DNA of 64,000 bases from Basidiobolus meristosporus CBS 931.73 (lineage: Eukaryota; Fungi; Basidiobolomycota): contig MCFE01000197.1 in the NCBI GenBank assembly GCA_002104905.1, positions 70,374 through 134,373 of the forward strand, in the 5' to 3' direction. The position numbers and the translations under genes are program-made. This document shows, piece by piece, positions 11,451 to 24,874 of this stretch. The stretch's first letter is position 1. Each line of letters starts with the position of its first letter. A model generated the notes under the pieces. It had not been told where the DNA came from and searched no databases. It worked only from the letters and a program-made list of their open reading frames with translations.

Positions 11451-11899
11451 ATCCAAGTGTATGCTCCACTCTCACTCTGAAATGATTAAATATCTTATTG
11501 TAGAGCTTCTGCTTCCTGCTAAATGCATCAATCCTTGGCTTGCTATGGGCTGTAATGCATCCTATTCTCTGACAATCCCCTCCTATTTAAGCTAATTCTG
11601 CCATATATTTCTCCCCTCCACTGAGTTCTGGATGATCCTTATTTCTGCCACTCAGTGACAATTCTAAGATTTGGCACTTAATTTTCCCTTTGAGGTAGTC
11701 AAGCCTTTCAAGAGTTTTGTTATGCTTTTCATATGGATAGAGCACAGTTGAGCTGCCACAATCCAATGAGGCTTTTATAATGCTGGCAGCTTGGTGTTGT
11801 TGACCCTTTTCACTATCTTATGACAGGACTGAGATGGTGCTTTGCCAACTCTACTGCTAAATAGGTAAGTAAACTTGATGGTGTTTAGACAGTTCTTTT

Positions 11900-13132
11900 G
11901 TGAGGTCTAGATGTCATTCTGATGGTCTTATTGCAGCTTCCATTAAGTTGTGCAAGCCAAACTGGCCAACAAATGCAAATGCCATGTATGGAAAATACCT
12001 GACAATGTTCTGACAGCATTGATGGGAACATCTACTGGCATTACATCAGTAGTAGAGTGGCCTACTGCTAGTAAGGTATAATGCTACTCTACCAGTTTAT
12101 CAATTGATATTTCCTGTTACTATCTCCCCTTGTGCTATTTATATATTCCATTGCAGACTCTCCCCATCTTACTTGCCTACCTACTACAACTGTGGGTATT
12201 CCACATGTGGATTTAATCAAAAACAAACTACAGCCTTGAACTATGAACTGCATGCACACACACCTGCTGCACTTGATACACTTATAGCTCCTTGGCTTTA
12301 TGCTTTTCAGTTTGATACCTGTAAAGTTGCCATGTACCTTGTATTACAGGTAACATTTAGATCTTGGAAACATATGCTTGGTTGCCACCACATTTGCCAT
12401 AACTACCTCTTGACTATCTGCAAAATAATTTTGGCATTTGGTAATGCATTCATTCTCCCTGTTGGATTCTAGGCCTCCCTATAGGTGCTCTCTAACTCTA
12501 GTTTTATTCAATTCAATGGTGAGTTATGAGGAAATTAGCAGGTACCCAGGAGAGGCCAAGTGTACTTGGGTAAAGTTATCTAAGTGCAAATCAGCTGCTT
12601 GCAATGTCCAGTGGCACCTTGCAGTACTTAATTGACTACCCATGCATTGAGACTGCTTAACTTCTTACTGCCAAAGGCATAGGTGCCTCCATGTGCACAT
12701 ATGTTGTCAGTATGCATTAACCCTTCCTAGCTGTCCTCCATAAGCCAGCTTATCACATCCTTAATATGTTATTAACGCAGCTGGAGTATGGGATACTAGC
12801 AACCAGACTTGCCTTCCTATCTGCCCATATGTTGGCTCCATTGGGAACCTCAAAAAGATTAAGGAAGTTAAGATGTCCCACACACCAAGCAACATGGAAT
12901 ACAGAATGGATGAAGCAGCAGCAGAGATATACACCTTTGGCCTTATGGAATTTTTGATTAATTTTATATTTCTGCCAATTGCTTATAGCTTCACAACCTT
13001 TCAGCAATTGCATACAACTTCTATATTCTCTCTCTGTGGAAACAAGATGTGCTTACTGTTGATGTTTAGACTGTAACAATGTGTGTGAGTTATGGAGTAA
13101 ATCCCTTGCATCTTACACATTCAATATCAATC
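11900..13132 (-). mobile_element. CMC-1 transposase and tail fragments
   Basis: Aligns with 19100-21400. The HSVFHVAWCVGHLN motif matches HSLLHLAWCVENIGP in other copies. Confidence 0.65.
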
Positions 13133-13500
13133 TGTTGAAATATCGGACTATTTGGTATCATTCAGCAGCTAAAAATTTACTTAACAATTCTGGACTAGTC
13201 TTAGTCACTGTAGGACTCATTTACTGCCTTAACTTTGCCACTTTCTCCAGATAGATGATTGTATGATTATTCCCCTATAGTCAGGATCAAATTAGCACTA
13301 TTACCAAACATTATGTACTGACCCTGAAACTGTTACAGAATGCTCCTGAGTATTGAGAAACCCTCCCTACTTAGTGTTACAGCTGTATTACTTCTACAAA
13401 GGTATAAATACTGAGCTTTTTTATGAATAAATAACAGTTCAACTATTATCACTATTTCTTGATAAGTTCCTTATATCCAAATCACTTCTTGATTGCAACA

Positions 13501-13512
13501 GGCTATGAGCCC
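13501..13512 (+). promoter_or_regulatory. Copia/Ty5-type primer-binding site (internal half of initiator tRNA-Met)
   Basis: GGCTATGAGCCC directly after the LTR. Copia-2 has GGTTATGAGCAC at 30532-30543. Both resemble the GGTTATG(A/G)GCCC sites of Ty5 and Drosophila copia. Confidence 0.75.
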
Positions 13513-13537
13513 CAATTGCCTTAATCTATTCTAAAAC

Positions 13538-16500
13538 ATGACTTCTACCAGCAAACAGAGCAATACCAACATCTTCCCTGTAAAGGGGAGGTTTGATGGG
13601 AAGAGCTAGAGACTTTGGAGAATCAAGATGCAGATCCACCTTGAGGAAAGAAAGCTTTGGAACATAGTAACAGGAAAGGAAGTTGAGCCCAAAGGAATAG
13701 CAGAAGATGTGGAGAAGTTTTAAGAGAAGAAGAGAAAGGCCTTCAATGCCATATGCATTAATGTGCAAGACTCCTTAAATGGACAAATTCATGCCTCAAA
13801 TACTGCCAAAGCAGCATGAGAATCCTTAGAGAAGATCTTTAGAGCAAAGTTAGTATCAAGCAAGCTTTATTTGAAACAAAAGCTCTTCAACATGAGGAAG
13901 AAGCCAGATGATGACATGCTACAACTCATTACCAGAATGGAGACACTTGCAGAAGAACTTTACAGTATTAATGATGGTGTAGATGATGAAGAAAAGATAC
14001 TTTGTCTGCTTTACAGCCTACTAGATGAGTATGAGACACTTATACTTTTATTTGAAAGCAGAGAAGACAACTTGACTTTAGACTATGTCAAAGGAAGACT
14101 TCTCCATGAAGAACTAAGGTGTAGTGATCAAGCAGAGAAAATTAAAGATAATGCTTTATTCAGTTCAGAAAGGCACACAGAAAAGAAGGGAAAGCAACAA
14201 AACCGAAGAAAACCGGGCTGCTGTAACTACTGTAAAAGGCCAGGACACAGGGCAAGTGAATGCAAGAAGAAACAAGTACACAAAAAACAGAAACTAGCGC
14301 AGGCAAACCATATAACTACTGATTAACAGCTATTTGTAACTGTACAAGAGAGTGCAAGTGGGACTGAAATTTGTTTTTACTAAGCTCAGCTGCTCAATAT
14401 TGGGTGAAAATGGACAAAAATTAGCTTTGGGAATCAGAGATCACAATATATACAAGTTACAATGCAAGATCATTGTACCTGAGCATGTCAACATTGATAA
14501 ACTGATGAAACCAGCTGGGAGATGTGGCATAGGAGGCTAGGACACATAGGGGAACAGAAAATGAGCCAATTAGTGAAAAATCAACTAGTTTTGGGCCTAA
14601 ATTATACAATCCCAATCAAATTGAATGTCTGTAAGGGATATTCATATGGCAAACAAGCTAGGCAACGTTTCAAGAGCTCAGGGGGCATCAATACCACCAA
14701 AATACTGGCTATTGTACACTCAGATATACGTGGCCCCATGAGAAAACTGTCCTTTGGAGCCAAGAGATACTTTATGACGTTTATTGATGACAAGACAAGA
14801 TATACAGGGGTGTACTTCCTCAAAACAAAGGATGAAACTTTAGAGACACTTAAACACTTCAAGAACATGACAGAAACACAAACTGGGTGTAAATTGAAGG
14901 TACTACAATGTGACAATGGAGGGGAATACTGCTCAAAAGAGTGTGCAAAATACTGCTCATCAACTGGTATACTTCAACCAAACACTGTTCCTTATACTCC
15001 ACAGCAAAATGGAGTAGCAGAACGTGCAAATAGATCAATAGTAGAGATGGGAACATCTATGCTACATGATAAGGGAATGGACTACAAGTTTTGGGCTGAA
15101 TCTGTTGCTACCACGGTATACATCAAGAACAGATGCTCAACAACAGCACTACGTGATTCTACACTCTTTGAAGCATATACAGGCAAAAATCAGATCTCCA
15201 GCACCTCAGGATCTTTGGCAGTGATGTTTTTTGTCACATCCCTGACAAAAAACGCTCAAAGTTAGAACCAAAGAGTAGGAAAGGGATCTTTCTTGGGTAT
15301 TGCAAAGAAACTACAGGGTATAGAGTGTATGATGGCAAAATTCAGAAGCTGATCAAGAGCAGGGTGTATGATGGCAAAATTCAGAAGCTGATCAAGAGCA
15401 GGGACATTGTATTTGAGGAGAATTCAGATCAGCAATCCACAGAAATCATTGGCCAGCTGCCTGATGATGCAATTAACACTAATGAAGAAGATACATACCA
15501 AATCCAGTCAGATACAGAAGATACTTCTACCAGTTCCAGATCAGAACAGATTATCCCAGTTAGGAGATATACCAGAATAAGAAATGCCTCTGGATCCTGG
15601 TGGCAGACATCCAATGATCATGAAGAAGCTTCTCTTGCCTTATATGCCAAACCTCAGAATCTGGAGCAGGCAATGCAAAGTCCAGATGCTACTAAGTGGC
15701 AACAAGCCATGCAGGAAGAGTACCAATCACTGATCAAGGCAAAAACGTGGGAACTGGTAGATTTACCAAATGGGAGAAAGCCAACAGGATGTAGATGGGT
15801 CTACAAGATCAAGATAGCCTCAAATGGTGCCATTGATAAGTACAAGGCTAGATTGGTGGCTAAAGGCTATTCCCAGATCCAGGGACTAGACTTCAAGGAA
15901 ACACTTGCTCCAGTTGCCTAGTTTAACTCTATTAGGACAGTTCTAGCCCTTGCAGCTGTACACAGTCTAGATCTACACCAAATGGATGTCAAAACAAACT
16001 TTCTAAATGGGAATTTGCAAGAAACTATATATATAAAGCAATCAGAAGGTTTTACCAATCCAAAAGGCCCCCTTAAGGTGTGCAAGCTTAGAAGATTGTT
16101 GTATAGGCTTAAGCAGGCACCTAGAGCATGGTATAACAAGATTGACACATATCTAGAGGAAATTGGGTTCTCTTGTAGCACTGTGGATCACAGTATATAT
16201 GTGAAACAGTTCAAAAGGGTGTGATTCTCCTAGTTCTTTATGTGGAAGACCTAATTATAGATACAAGTGACCAAGAGGTACTTAAATAGACAAAATCAGA
16301 TCTCTTCAGCAAGTTTGAGATGAAAGATCTTGGAAAATTGAGCTATTTTCTTGGAATTGAGGTCAAATTTGACATACCTAGGCAGAAAACTGTGCTAAAT
16401 CAGTCTCTGTACATCAGGGACATTCTTAGATGCTATACAATGGAAAATTGCAAATATGCAGCAACCATTATGGACAATAACCTGAAATTAAGCAAATCTT

Positions 16501-17220
16501 AGCCAGCTATAGATGAAAATGGCTCAAATATGGACCAAAACTTTCCCTATCAATCAATGGTTGGTAGCCTAATGTACTTGATGGTATCTACACATCCAGA
16601 TATTGCAGTAGCAGTTGGAATAGTCAGTCAATTCATGCAGAATTATGGATCAGATCAAATTGCAGCAGTTAAGCGGATTTTAAGATATTTACAGGTACCA
16701 TCAGTATGGTACTGGAATACTCTGGAGCAGCTAATAGGGAAAAATTTGATAGTTATAGTGATTCAGACTGGGGTAGGGATCTGATTGACAGACACTGTAC
16801 CACAGGTATGTATTTCTTTATGCTGGTGCAGCTATTACTTGGAATTGCCGGAAGCAACCAACTGTGGCCCTATTTACAACTGATGCCAAATATATGACTG
16901 GATGTCAAGCAACTAAGGAGGCTATATGGCTACAAAAATTATTCAAAGACTTAGGTTTTAATTCAGATGAACCAACATGTATTTACCAGGAAAATCAAAG
17001 TTGAGTTTCATTAGCTAGAAATCCTACTAATCATGCCAGAACTAAGCACATTGATATACAGCATCACTTTGTGAGGGAAGCTGTAGAAAATAACTTAGTG
17101 GAGTTAGTTTACTGCCCAACTGACAAAATGGTGGCAGACATATTGACAAAGCCTCTAGCTAGGCCACAGTTTGAGATCCTTAGAGAGATATTGGGATTAA
17201 GAAATTATTTAGTTGAAGGG
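13538..17220 (+). pseudogene. Copia-1 gag-pol pseudogene
   Basis: At least 8 stops or frameshifts, protease segment deleted near 14365, and an in-frame 39-bp duplication at 15325-15402. Confidence 0.9.
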
Positions 17221-17325
17221 GAGTGTTGAAATATTGGACTATTTGGTATCATTCAGCAGCTAAAAATTTACTTAACAATTCTGGACTAGTCTTAGTCACT
17301 GTAGGACTCATTTACTGCCTTAACT

Positions 17326-18730
17326 TTTTTCACATCATTGCTCTTTCACAAGCAAATGGACTAATGGGCTCACTTGGCTCCATAAGATATTCATGGCATC
17401 TTTTTCCACTGGTGCTGTATCATTGCATACTGGGATTTTGTCATGTTTATGCATGGTACTACTATGTAGGGAGATAGGCCCATAAGTCATCATTGATTCT
17501 TCTACTTCAGAGCTATCACTCCACAGGCCATGTTGATAAGGCTCTGGTGAGGCAAATTGCATCACAAACCTACCTAAATAAGTTTTTGCAAGGTGAAAGA
17601 TCAAGTTAGGTACCATTTTAGTAGTACCATGTAACTGGCAAGAAATACCTGAAATAGGTGTAACTGATGAATGCTCAAAGAAATTTTGTATAGCACAGCA
17701 CTGACCATGATCCTTTAAATCCACCCTATGCCATCTGTATTGTTTGTGGCTTAGATGCTTATTACAATGACCACATAGTTTTTTCCCATTACATATGGTG
17801 CTGAATCAATGTAGTCTTTCCATAGGGCAAACAGCTTGACACTCAACAGCATTATATTATTATGTAACTATTTTTGTCAATACTTTTGTGAGCTCATCAC
17901 AGATTTGTATTTGAGACACTGCACCTACATGAGTGTAATACTCATTTGTGACCCACCACAGTAAACTTTATAAACAAAGCTGTGGTACCACATGCACAAA
18001 TATTGGTAACATTATCTCCAATTTAGTCCTAATCATTCCCATATCTGTGCTGCCAAAAATAAGGCAAAGTTGTCTTGTTCCCAATCAAACAGCAATGCTG
18101 ACTGCAGCAGAAGATTTGCTCAACAACAGCTTGCTCTGACATTCAGCGCAGCAAGCAGGGCTACATTCAAAAAAAGGAAATGTGAACTCTTCAAGCTCTT
18201 GGTCCAGTTGGCAGTTTAGAGTCTCTGCAGAGCTGCAAGCTTGCCATTATGCACAAGTGGATGATGACTTCACAAATGCAGTACCACTAGTGAAAGACCA
18301 GCAAATGAGCATCATAACATCACCACCTCCTGTATTACCAGTTATATTGTTGCATCTTACCAAAGCATTAGGGAGGCAAGTAGTTGCAGTGACTAATGAG
18401 ATATTTGCAATAGGCCACCAAAATCAGGACATAGTCAACAGACAGGTTGAGTAGAAAATAAATATGGGGCAATCAGTATCCCAGTTAGAGAACGCAGTAT
18501 ATAGGCTGCAAAGCTAGAACTTAGGTAGCTCAATGTCACAGCCAAGATTGGAGCCATTTCATAATGTAATAGTAGAGAAACAGTGTATATTATTTAAGCA
18601 AAACAAAAGTTCCCACAGACTAAGCACAGAGAAGAGTGTAGCAGAGTGTGGGAGGGAAACACTGCAAGCTTAATGTCCAAGCCTAAAAGTCAGAAGATCT
18701 TAGGTATTTGAGAAACTGTTGAGTACAAGG
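17326..18730. mobile_element. CMC-1 central fragment: transposase N-terminus (minus, 17326-17830) and divergent ORF2 start (plus, 18040-18730)
   Basis: Same head-to-head layout and sequence as 52510-53870. Confidence 0.75.
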
Positions 18731-19048
18731 ATAGGAGTGGAATAACATCTCACAGACTGTAAGAAGTCTAGCATGGTTTAACCTTAATCATACCCCAGAC
18801 TTCACAAAAACTGGGTCAAGATCTTTCATCACAACAACAATATTGGCTTCAGATTGTTGTCTGCCAATATTTTCACTTTCTCATCCTGGACACTCAATCA
18901 CAACCTATGTCTGTGTACATTGATTTGCCATTGCCTATTGCTCCCACTCCTTACTTTATGATCCATCCACAGATTTTACCTTTTAGGCCCACAAATCTGT
19001 TTATATCCAATGAAACATCAGTGGTAGCTTGATTACAGATTGTGCTAA

Positions 19049-22000
19049 CCCTATGAAAAATAATTTGGTCCCGCAGGTGGATCCATTTCAGTTCAGCCAT
19101 CAGGATCCCATTTGGAGACTGTCATAATACCAGCAGCTTGGAATTAGTGACCCTCCTGATAATCTTATGACAGGATCATGACGGTGCTTGCTAATTTTAT
19201 AACAAAATGAAGGGATAAAACTTGACAAGATTTTACTGGTGCTGTGACAATAATTGCATGGTATTATTGAGTTCTTTTAGTGCTCTACAACTATTTGAAG
19301 TGGCTCCAATTGGGCAGGACATCCAGTTACCTTATATGGCAAGAAACGTGACAGTATTTCAGCAACCTCACTGTGAGACTCTGATGGCATTATATTGGCA
19401 GTATTACAGTCTACTGCTGGCTTTATATAATGCTACTGCACCAATTTACCAAATGGTATTTCCTTTTTCTACCTCCCCTTATGCAACTCATATATTCCTA
19501 TGTAGTATTACCCTACTTTATTTGTTTACCCACCACTACCTTGGGTATTCCATATATGGTCTGAACCAAAAAGAACTATGGCCTCCTGCCTACTAACCTC
19601 TACAAATGTGCACACCTGCCACAATTGACATACTTCTATCACCACAGCTTTGCAGCTTTTGGTGTGATGCTTGCAAATTGGCCATATACCTTGTACAATA
19701 ATTCCATGGTATTGTTGCGGTCTTATTGCGCTCTACCACTATTGTGAATAGATCCAACTGACCAGAACATCCAATTGCCTTATATGGCCAGAAACTTGAT
19801 GATATTTCAGCAAGCTCATAGTCAGACTTGGATGGCATTATACTGGCAGTATGGTAGCCTACAGCTGGTTCTGTATAGTGCTGTCATACCAATTCATCAA
19901 ATGGTATTTCCTTTTTCTACCTTTTCTTTGGCAATTCATATATTCCACTGTGGAATCACCCCTCTGTATTTGCTTAACCACTGCTACCTTGGGTATGCCA
20001 GATGTAGTTTGAATCAATAAAGACTATGGCCTCCTGCTTACTAACCTCTACAAATGTGCACACTTGCCACAATTGACATACTTCTATCACCACAGCTTTG
20101 CAGCTTTTGGTGTGATGCTTGCAAATTGGCCATATACCTTGCACTGCTTGTAACATATGCATTTTGCAAATAAATGCTTGGTTGTTGCCACTTCTGTCAT
20201 GAATACCTCCTGAATATCTGCCAAGAACTTCTCAGTATTTAGAAGATATATTCCTTCTCCCTGCTGGATCCTAGTCCCACTCATTGGTGTGCTCTGGCTT
20301 TTGAATGTGTGAATTCTGTATTGAATGGTGTAGAAGCTGGCATGTGACCATGAGAAATCTGGCATACCTTGGTAGGGTTTTCCTGATAAAAATCAGTTGA
20401 TTGTTGTACCTAACACAACTTTTCATTACTTAACTGAATACCCATGCATTGGAGCTGCTTAGCTGCTTAATGCTATAGGCATAGGTGTCTCCATGTGCAC
20501 AATAGTCCCCAGTACTTTCCAACTCCTCCTGGCTGTCCTCCATGTGCCAACTTGTCACATCCATGAAAGACCTGAAGGTAATATTCTTGATGGTATTGGA
20601 ATATGGTAGTACTTGCAACTTGACTTGTCTTCCTATCTCCTCATATATCTGCTCCATAGGAAACTCACAAAAGGTGAAGCAAGGCCCAATATTCTCCACA
20701 CACCATGCCAGATGGAGTAGAGAATGGATAAAGTAGTGGCAGAGATCTACATGTTCAGCTTTATGTTTGTAGTACAGCCACTCCAAACCCATCACAAACT
20801 CCTCACACAACAGCTGTAGATGTGTCAAGTTGACTTTGATGATCTGTTTCTGGATAAATATTCCTACAATGTCCACATATGACTCCCAATGCTTCCAATG
20901 TACTTTTGGTAGGAATGGCTTCAGAATGCCACTTGAATAAATATGTATCCAGTTCATCCAGTCTTTACATTTGTATTGTTGAAGATACATATGAGTATTA
21001 ATTAGAGCCTGTGAGAAGTACTTAGGGTAGCAGATACTTAGTAACATCTTCCCAATTTTTCAAATCTCTCTGGTATCTCAAATGGCTCATTTAGCTTAAA
21101 ATGCCCCATGCACAACTTGGTCATCAGTATAGGAATATTGTTGAATAGCAAATGCATTGCTCCCTGTGGAAAGCCTTTGTTCCAACATATACCCTCTATC
21201 TTAAGTATCTGCAGTTTCCAATTGATTTCATATTCTGGCCAATGGCCTATAGCTTGTCAACTTTGCTGCAATTGCATGCTGACTTCTGTACGTTCTCTCT
21301 GTTGAAAGATAATGCTCTCAGTGCTGGTGTTTGGGTAATAATAATGTGTGTGAGTTATGGAGAAAATCCCCTGGATCTCACACATTTGACAGCATTACTA
21401 TCTGCTGAGTCTGCAAAACATGCTATCTTACTAATGGCTGGGGCATCTCCAATGAAGAATATAATATGTGCTTTTACATGACAGCAAATCTCTGTTATCC
21501 TGCTGGAAAGCATACAAATTCATCCAGCAATGGATACAAGTAGCTATCCAGGTTGGACGGTGATTTAGGCCTAGATACCAGTGTGACTACCATCATATTA
21601 TTGCTCTGATACTGTAGGATGGGCAGCAGATTCCAATTGATGAGAATCAGTGGCCAGCAGAATTTGCTGGTAGAGTACTTCTTTAATGAGAATCCATCAT
21701 GTGCTAAAGCAAAGGCATAGTCATGCATACCTTTAGGCTTGCCCTTGCTTCTTAGCTGTTTGCAATGTTTGCCATCAAATATACTGGATATGTTTGCAGT
21801 TGATTGATACTGAGTGTGGTACTGTATAGCTTTGCAATATTTGTTGGACTGCATCAGCTTCCTCAGATGGGGTATGACCAGAGTATATCTGGAGTGTTAA
21901 CAATGTTTTCACTCAATGGTGGTGAATTACCAACAACTTGGACAGTTTGCAATAGTAGCATTTTCAGATGTGAATGCCATGTAACTGTTAACACATGCTG

Positions 22001-23077
22001 GAATCAGTACAGTCTCTGGATCATATGTTGCCTGCCACATGATAGTTGTCCACTTGTACCATGTACATGGTAGGTTGCATCCCAGTATGATTTTGGCAAG
22101 AAGTAGTAATAAGTCCTCAAAGCCCTCATTACTGATATAAGTAGAAACACACCACTTCTCTAGCCACAATACTACATCATTCACCAGTAGATGCACTACT
22201 GGTCTCACTTGGCTCCATAAAGTATCCTTGGCATTTGTTTCAATTGGTAATGTCTCATTGCATATAGGGATTTGACCAGGCTCATATGTGGTATTGTTGT
22301 AAGGGGAGATAGGCTCAAAATCTATCAGTGAGCCCTCTTTATCAGAGCTATCACTCTGCATGCAATATACTGAAGGCTGAGGTGAGCCTAAAGGTGTCAC
22401 AAACTCACCTGACTCAGTTTGTGCAAGGTGACAAAGACAGCTAGGTGCTAATATAGAAGTATCAACTGGGCGGCAAAATAATGTTGCTACAGTAGTGACT
22501 AATGAATGGTTAAATATGACTGGGATGGCAAAACACTGGCAATGATCCTTGTAATACTTCCTATGCTGTCTCCATGCTTCATGGCTGAGAGGCTTGAAAC
22601 AATAGCCACATGGTCTTTTTTTCTTCACTTACAGCATTTAATCAAAATACTCTTGTCCATGGGTCAAACAGTTTGACCTTCAACAATGTGATACCATTAT
22701 ATCATCTTTTGGTCAGTACACATGTGAGCTCAGGACATTCATGTATTTGAGATATAGCACCTACACAAATGTAAGATTCCATGATGACTTGCCATAGTAT
22801 GCATTATCAATAAAGTAGTGGCACCACATACACGTGTATATAAGTGTTTATGAGTGTCTGAGATCAGAAAGTGAGCAGATTAACAGGGAACCAAGCAAAA
22901 ACCACTTTTACACTGATGTGATGAGAAATTTTTAACAGGTTTTTTGTGAAATCTGGGGTGCTATTATTTTTCAACAGTCTCTGGACAGTGTCCTGATGGG
23001 ATCAGTACCTCTTAGTCATGGGATTTTAACTTTATGATGGCCTTTTGACAGGATCATCTTGATAATTTTTCATAGGG
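19049..23077 (-). mobile_element. TIR-bounded CMC-1 (CACTA/CMC superfamily) transposon, ORF2 deleted, 4-bp TSD CTAA
   Basis: Left end CCCTATGAAAAATAATT, right end ATAATTTTTCATAGGG, CTAA at 19045-19048 and 23078-23081. The flanks rejoin into contiguous host ORF2 sequence. Confidence 0.85.
19950..22680 (-). pseudogene. Tnp2/Transposase_21-like DDE transposase pseudogene
   Basis: N-terminal CGYC..H..H, then CVNSYMAF...CPSC, FALAHDGF...WPLILINWNLLP...GPKSPSNLDSYLYPLLDEF, HSLLHLAWCVENIGPCFTFCEFPMEQ (DUF4218-like) and C-terminal FLADIQEVF...HLFAKC. Confidence 0.8.
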
Positions 23078-24874
23078 CTAACCTATGCAAGTCCTTATAC
23101 ACAACACTAGCATTGTGCTCAAACTCACATTCAGCCTGTAACTTCATTCAAATCAACTACTCAATAAGTATTTGTGCCAAAATGCTTTTTTTCCATAAGT
23201 TTAACAGGAACCCCACTACTTTATGCCACTGTTCACTCACCGGCTCCAATATATCCTGGTCTTCAGCCAGCACTGCAAGTGCTAGCACCTCATTATCCAG
23301 TCTTTGTAATAAATTCTGGCAATATTTCAGTACATATTCCTGAGCACTGCTCTTGATTAAGTGCTGTAACCTTTACTGTTCTTGTTATTTCCCCAAAACT
23401 TCACCGCAGGTGCTGAAATAGTCTTTCAAGCTGCTGACATTATTATAACTCTGACTACAATGAAGGATTTAGAGGCAATTGTGGACAAATTGCATTTTTC
23501 TGCAAGCTTATCTACCTCATTGGAGTGTAGCTAACTGGTTGGGCTTGAAACTCCTAAGAAAACAGCTTTTGTCCTGTTGGTACTTGTCATTGGCTGTACT
23601 GCAATTCAGACTGTTCTGAGCTGAAGGCATATATTGGTGAGAACACAGCATTTTCTCACGCTTGCCTGTCTCCAGCTTGAGTAGACCTTTCTCTCTCTCA
23701 ATTATCCTTTATCACTGCCAGGTCTTTCACTGGTACTTGGTCCAAGTGCTTCTTGTAATGATCTACATTTTTGTCTTGATATATGCTGCACTGGGACATC
23801 CACTTTTTCCTTCTTGTTCTTGACTTGTGCTCTTTTTGCTAGCTGACATTTCTTTGCTATTTGTTTGACTGTTGGCCTGAGCTGTGATCAGCTCCTGCAG
23901 AAGTTGCTGGCTTCTATTACTGCCAGGTCCTTCACGGCTACCTTCAATTAGTTCCTCTTGAATGAGACTATGCTTTCTCTTGATAAATGCTCTGCTGATG
24001 CATCCATGTCCACCTGCTTGTCACTTGATGGCACTCTTTTGGCTTTCTGGCATTTCTCTGATGCTTGTTTAGAGCTTTTGGCCCTGCTTGTAGCAGGCTC
24101 TTGAGGAAGACATTGGTTGTTAGCTATAGCACCCTCACTCTTTTGCCTATGACAGTATCTGCTATTTTTGAGATACTTGTCAGCATACCAGTGCTAGCCC
24201 AACCTATTTACTTGCTTGCATCAAGAATAATGTTCATGGAACAGGCAAAGCACATTCTGCTTGGCCTTGAGCTCCTGAATGTCCCATGGTATACTGGCCT
24301 TGAGGTGATGCTGCGCTAGACTACTATCAACCTCTTAAAGATTAGCTTACTCTTCTATGTTGCAATCAACAGTTTCACAGATCTTCAACTTTTTTTAACT
24401 TAGTGATGGGTATAAACACCACAGTCTCTCCGTCCCATGCAATAATAGCACTTTTGGTGGGCTGTATCTTTAGCAATGTTATGCTTCAAAGACTGCACAG
24501 TGCACCTAATTGCCTTATTTGGGCTTTGGTATGAGCTTGCAACGTAGTTGCTAATATTAACAGTGGTGATGTTATGACAGCCACTTGCTGATCATCAACC
24601 AACAGCACAGCATTGGCTACATGCTCATCTGCCTGAGTATTATAGTCAGTTTGTAGCTCTGCAGAGATTCACAATTTATTACCTGACTGTGAGCCCAAGA
24701 GGCCTGCATTATTACCTTTTGTGAGCACACTGCTAATATGGCCTTTTTTGATTGTAGCTCACATGTTGTGCCAGTTGTCAAAGCAAGCTGATGTCCTACT
24801 GTTTTTCTACTGCTCTCAGCAGTGCATTTTAGTTGCAAACCTGATGACTTTCCTTTATTCTTTGGCAGGATATG

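Larger units (their letters stand above)
13133..17325 (+). mobile_element. Ty1/Copia element (Copia-1), 5' LTR 13133-13500, 3' LTR truncated (17224-17325)
   Basis: TG...CA LTR, PBS GGCTATGAGCCC, gag CCHC knuckle (CNYCKRPGHRASEC), GAG-pre-integrase (WHRRLGH), rve (PQQNGVAER), RT (YKARLVAKG, YVED), RNase H (ADILTK) and PPT GAAGGGGAG. Domain order IN-RT-RH. Confidence 0.95.

Noticed and set aside
19045-23081. piggyBac assignment based on CCC ends and a CTAA target
   Set aside because: The encoded transposase has Tnp2/CACTA motifs, and the other target sites are not TTAA-like.
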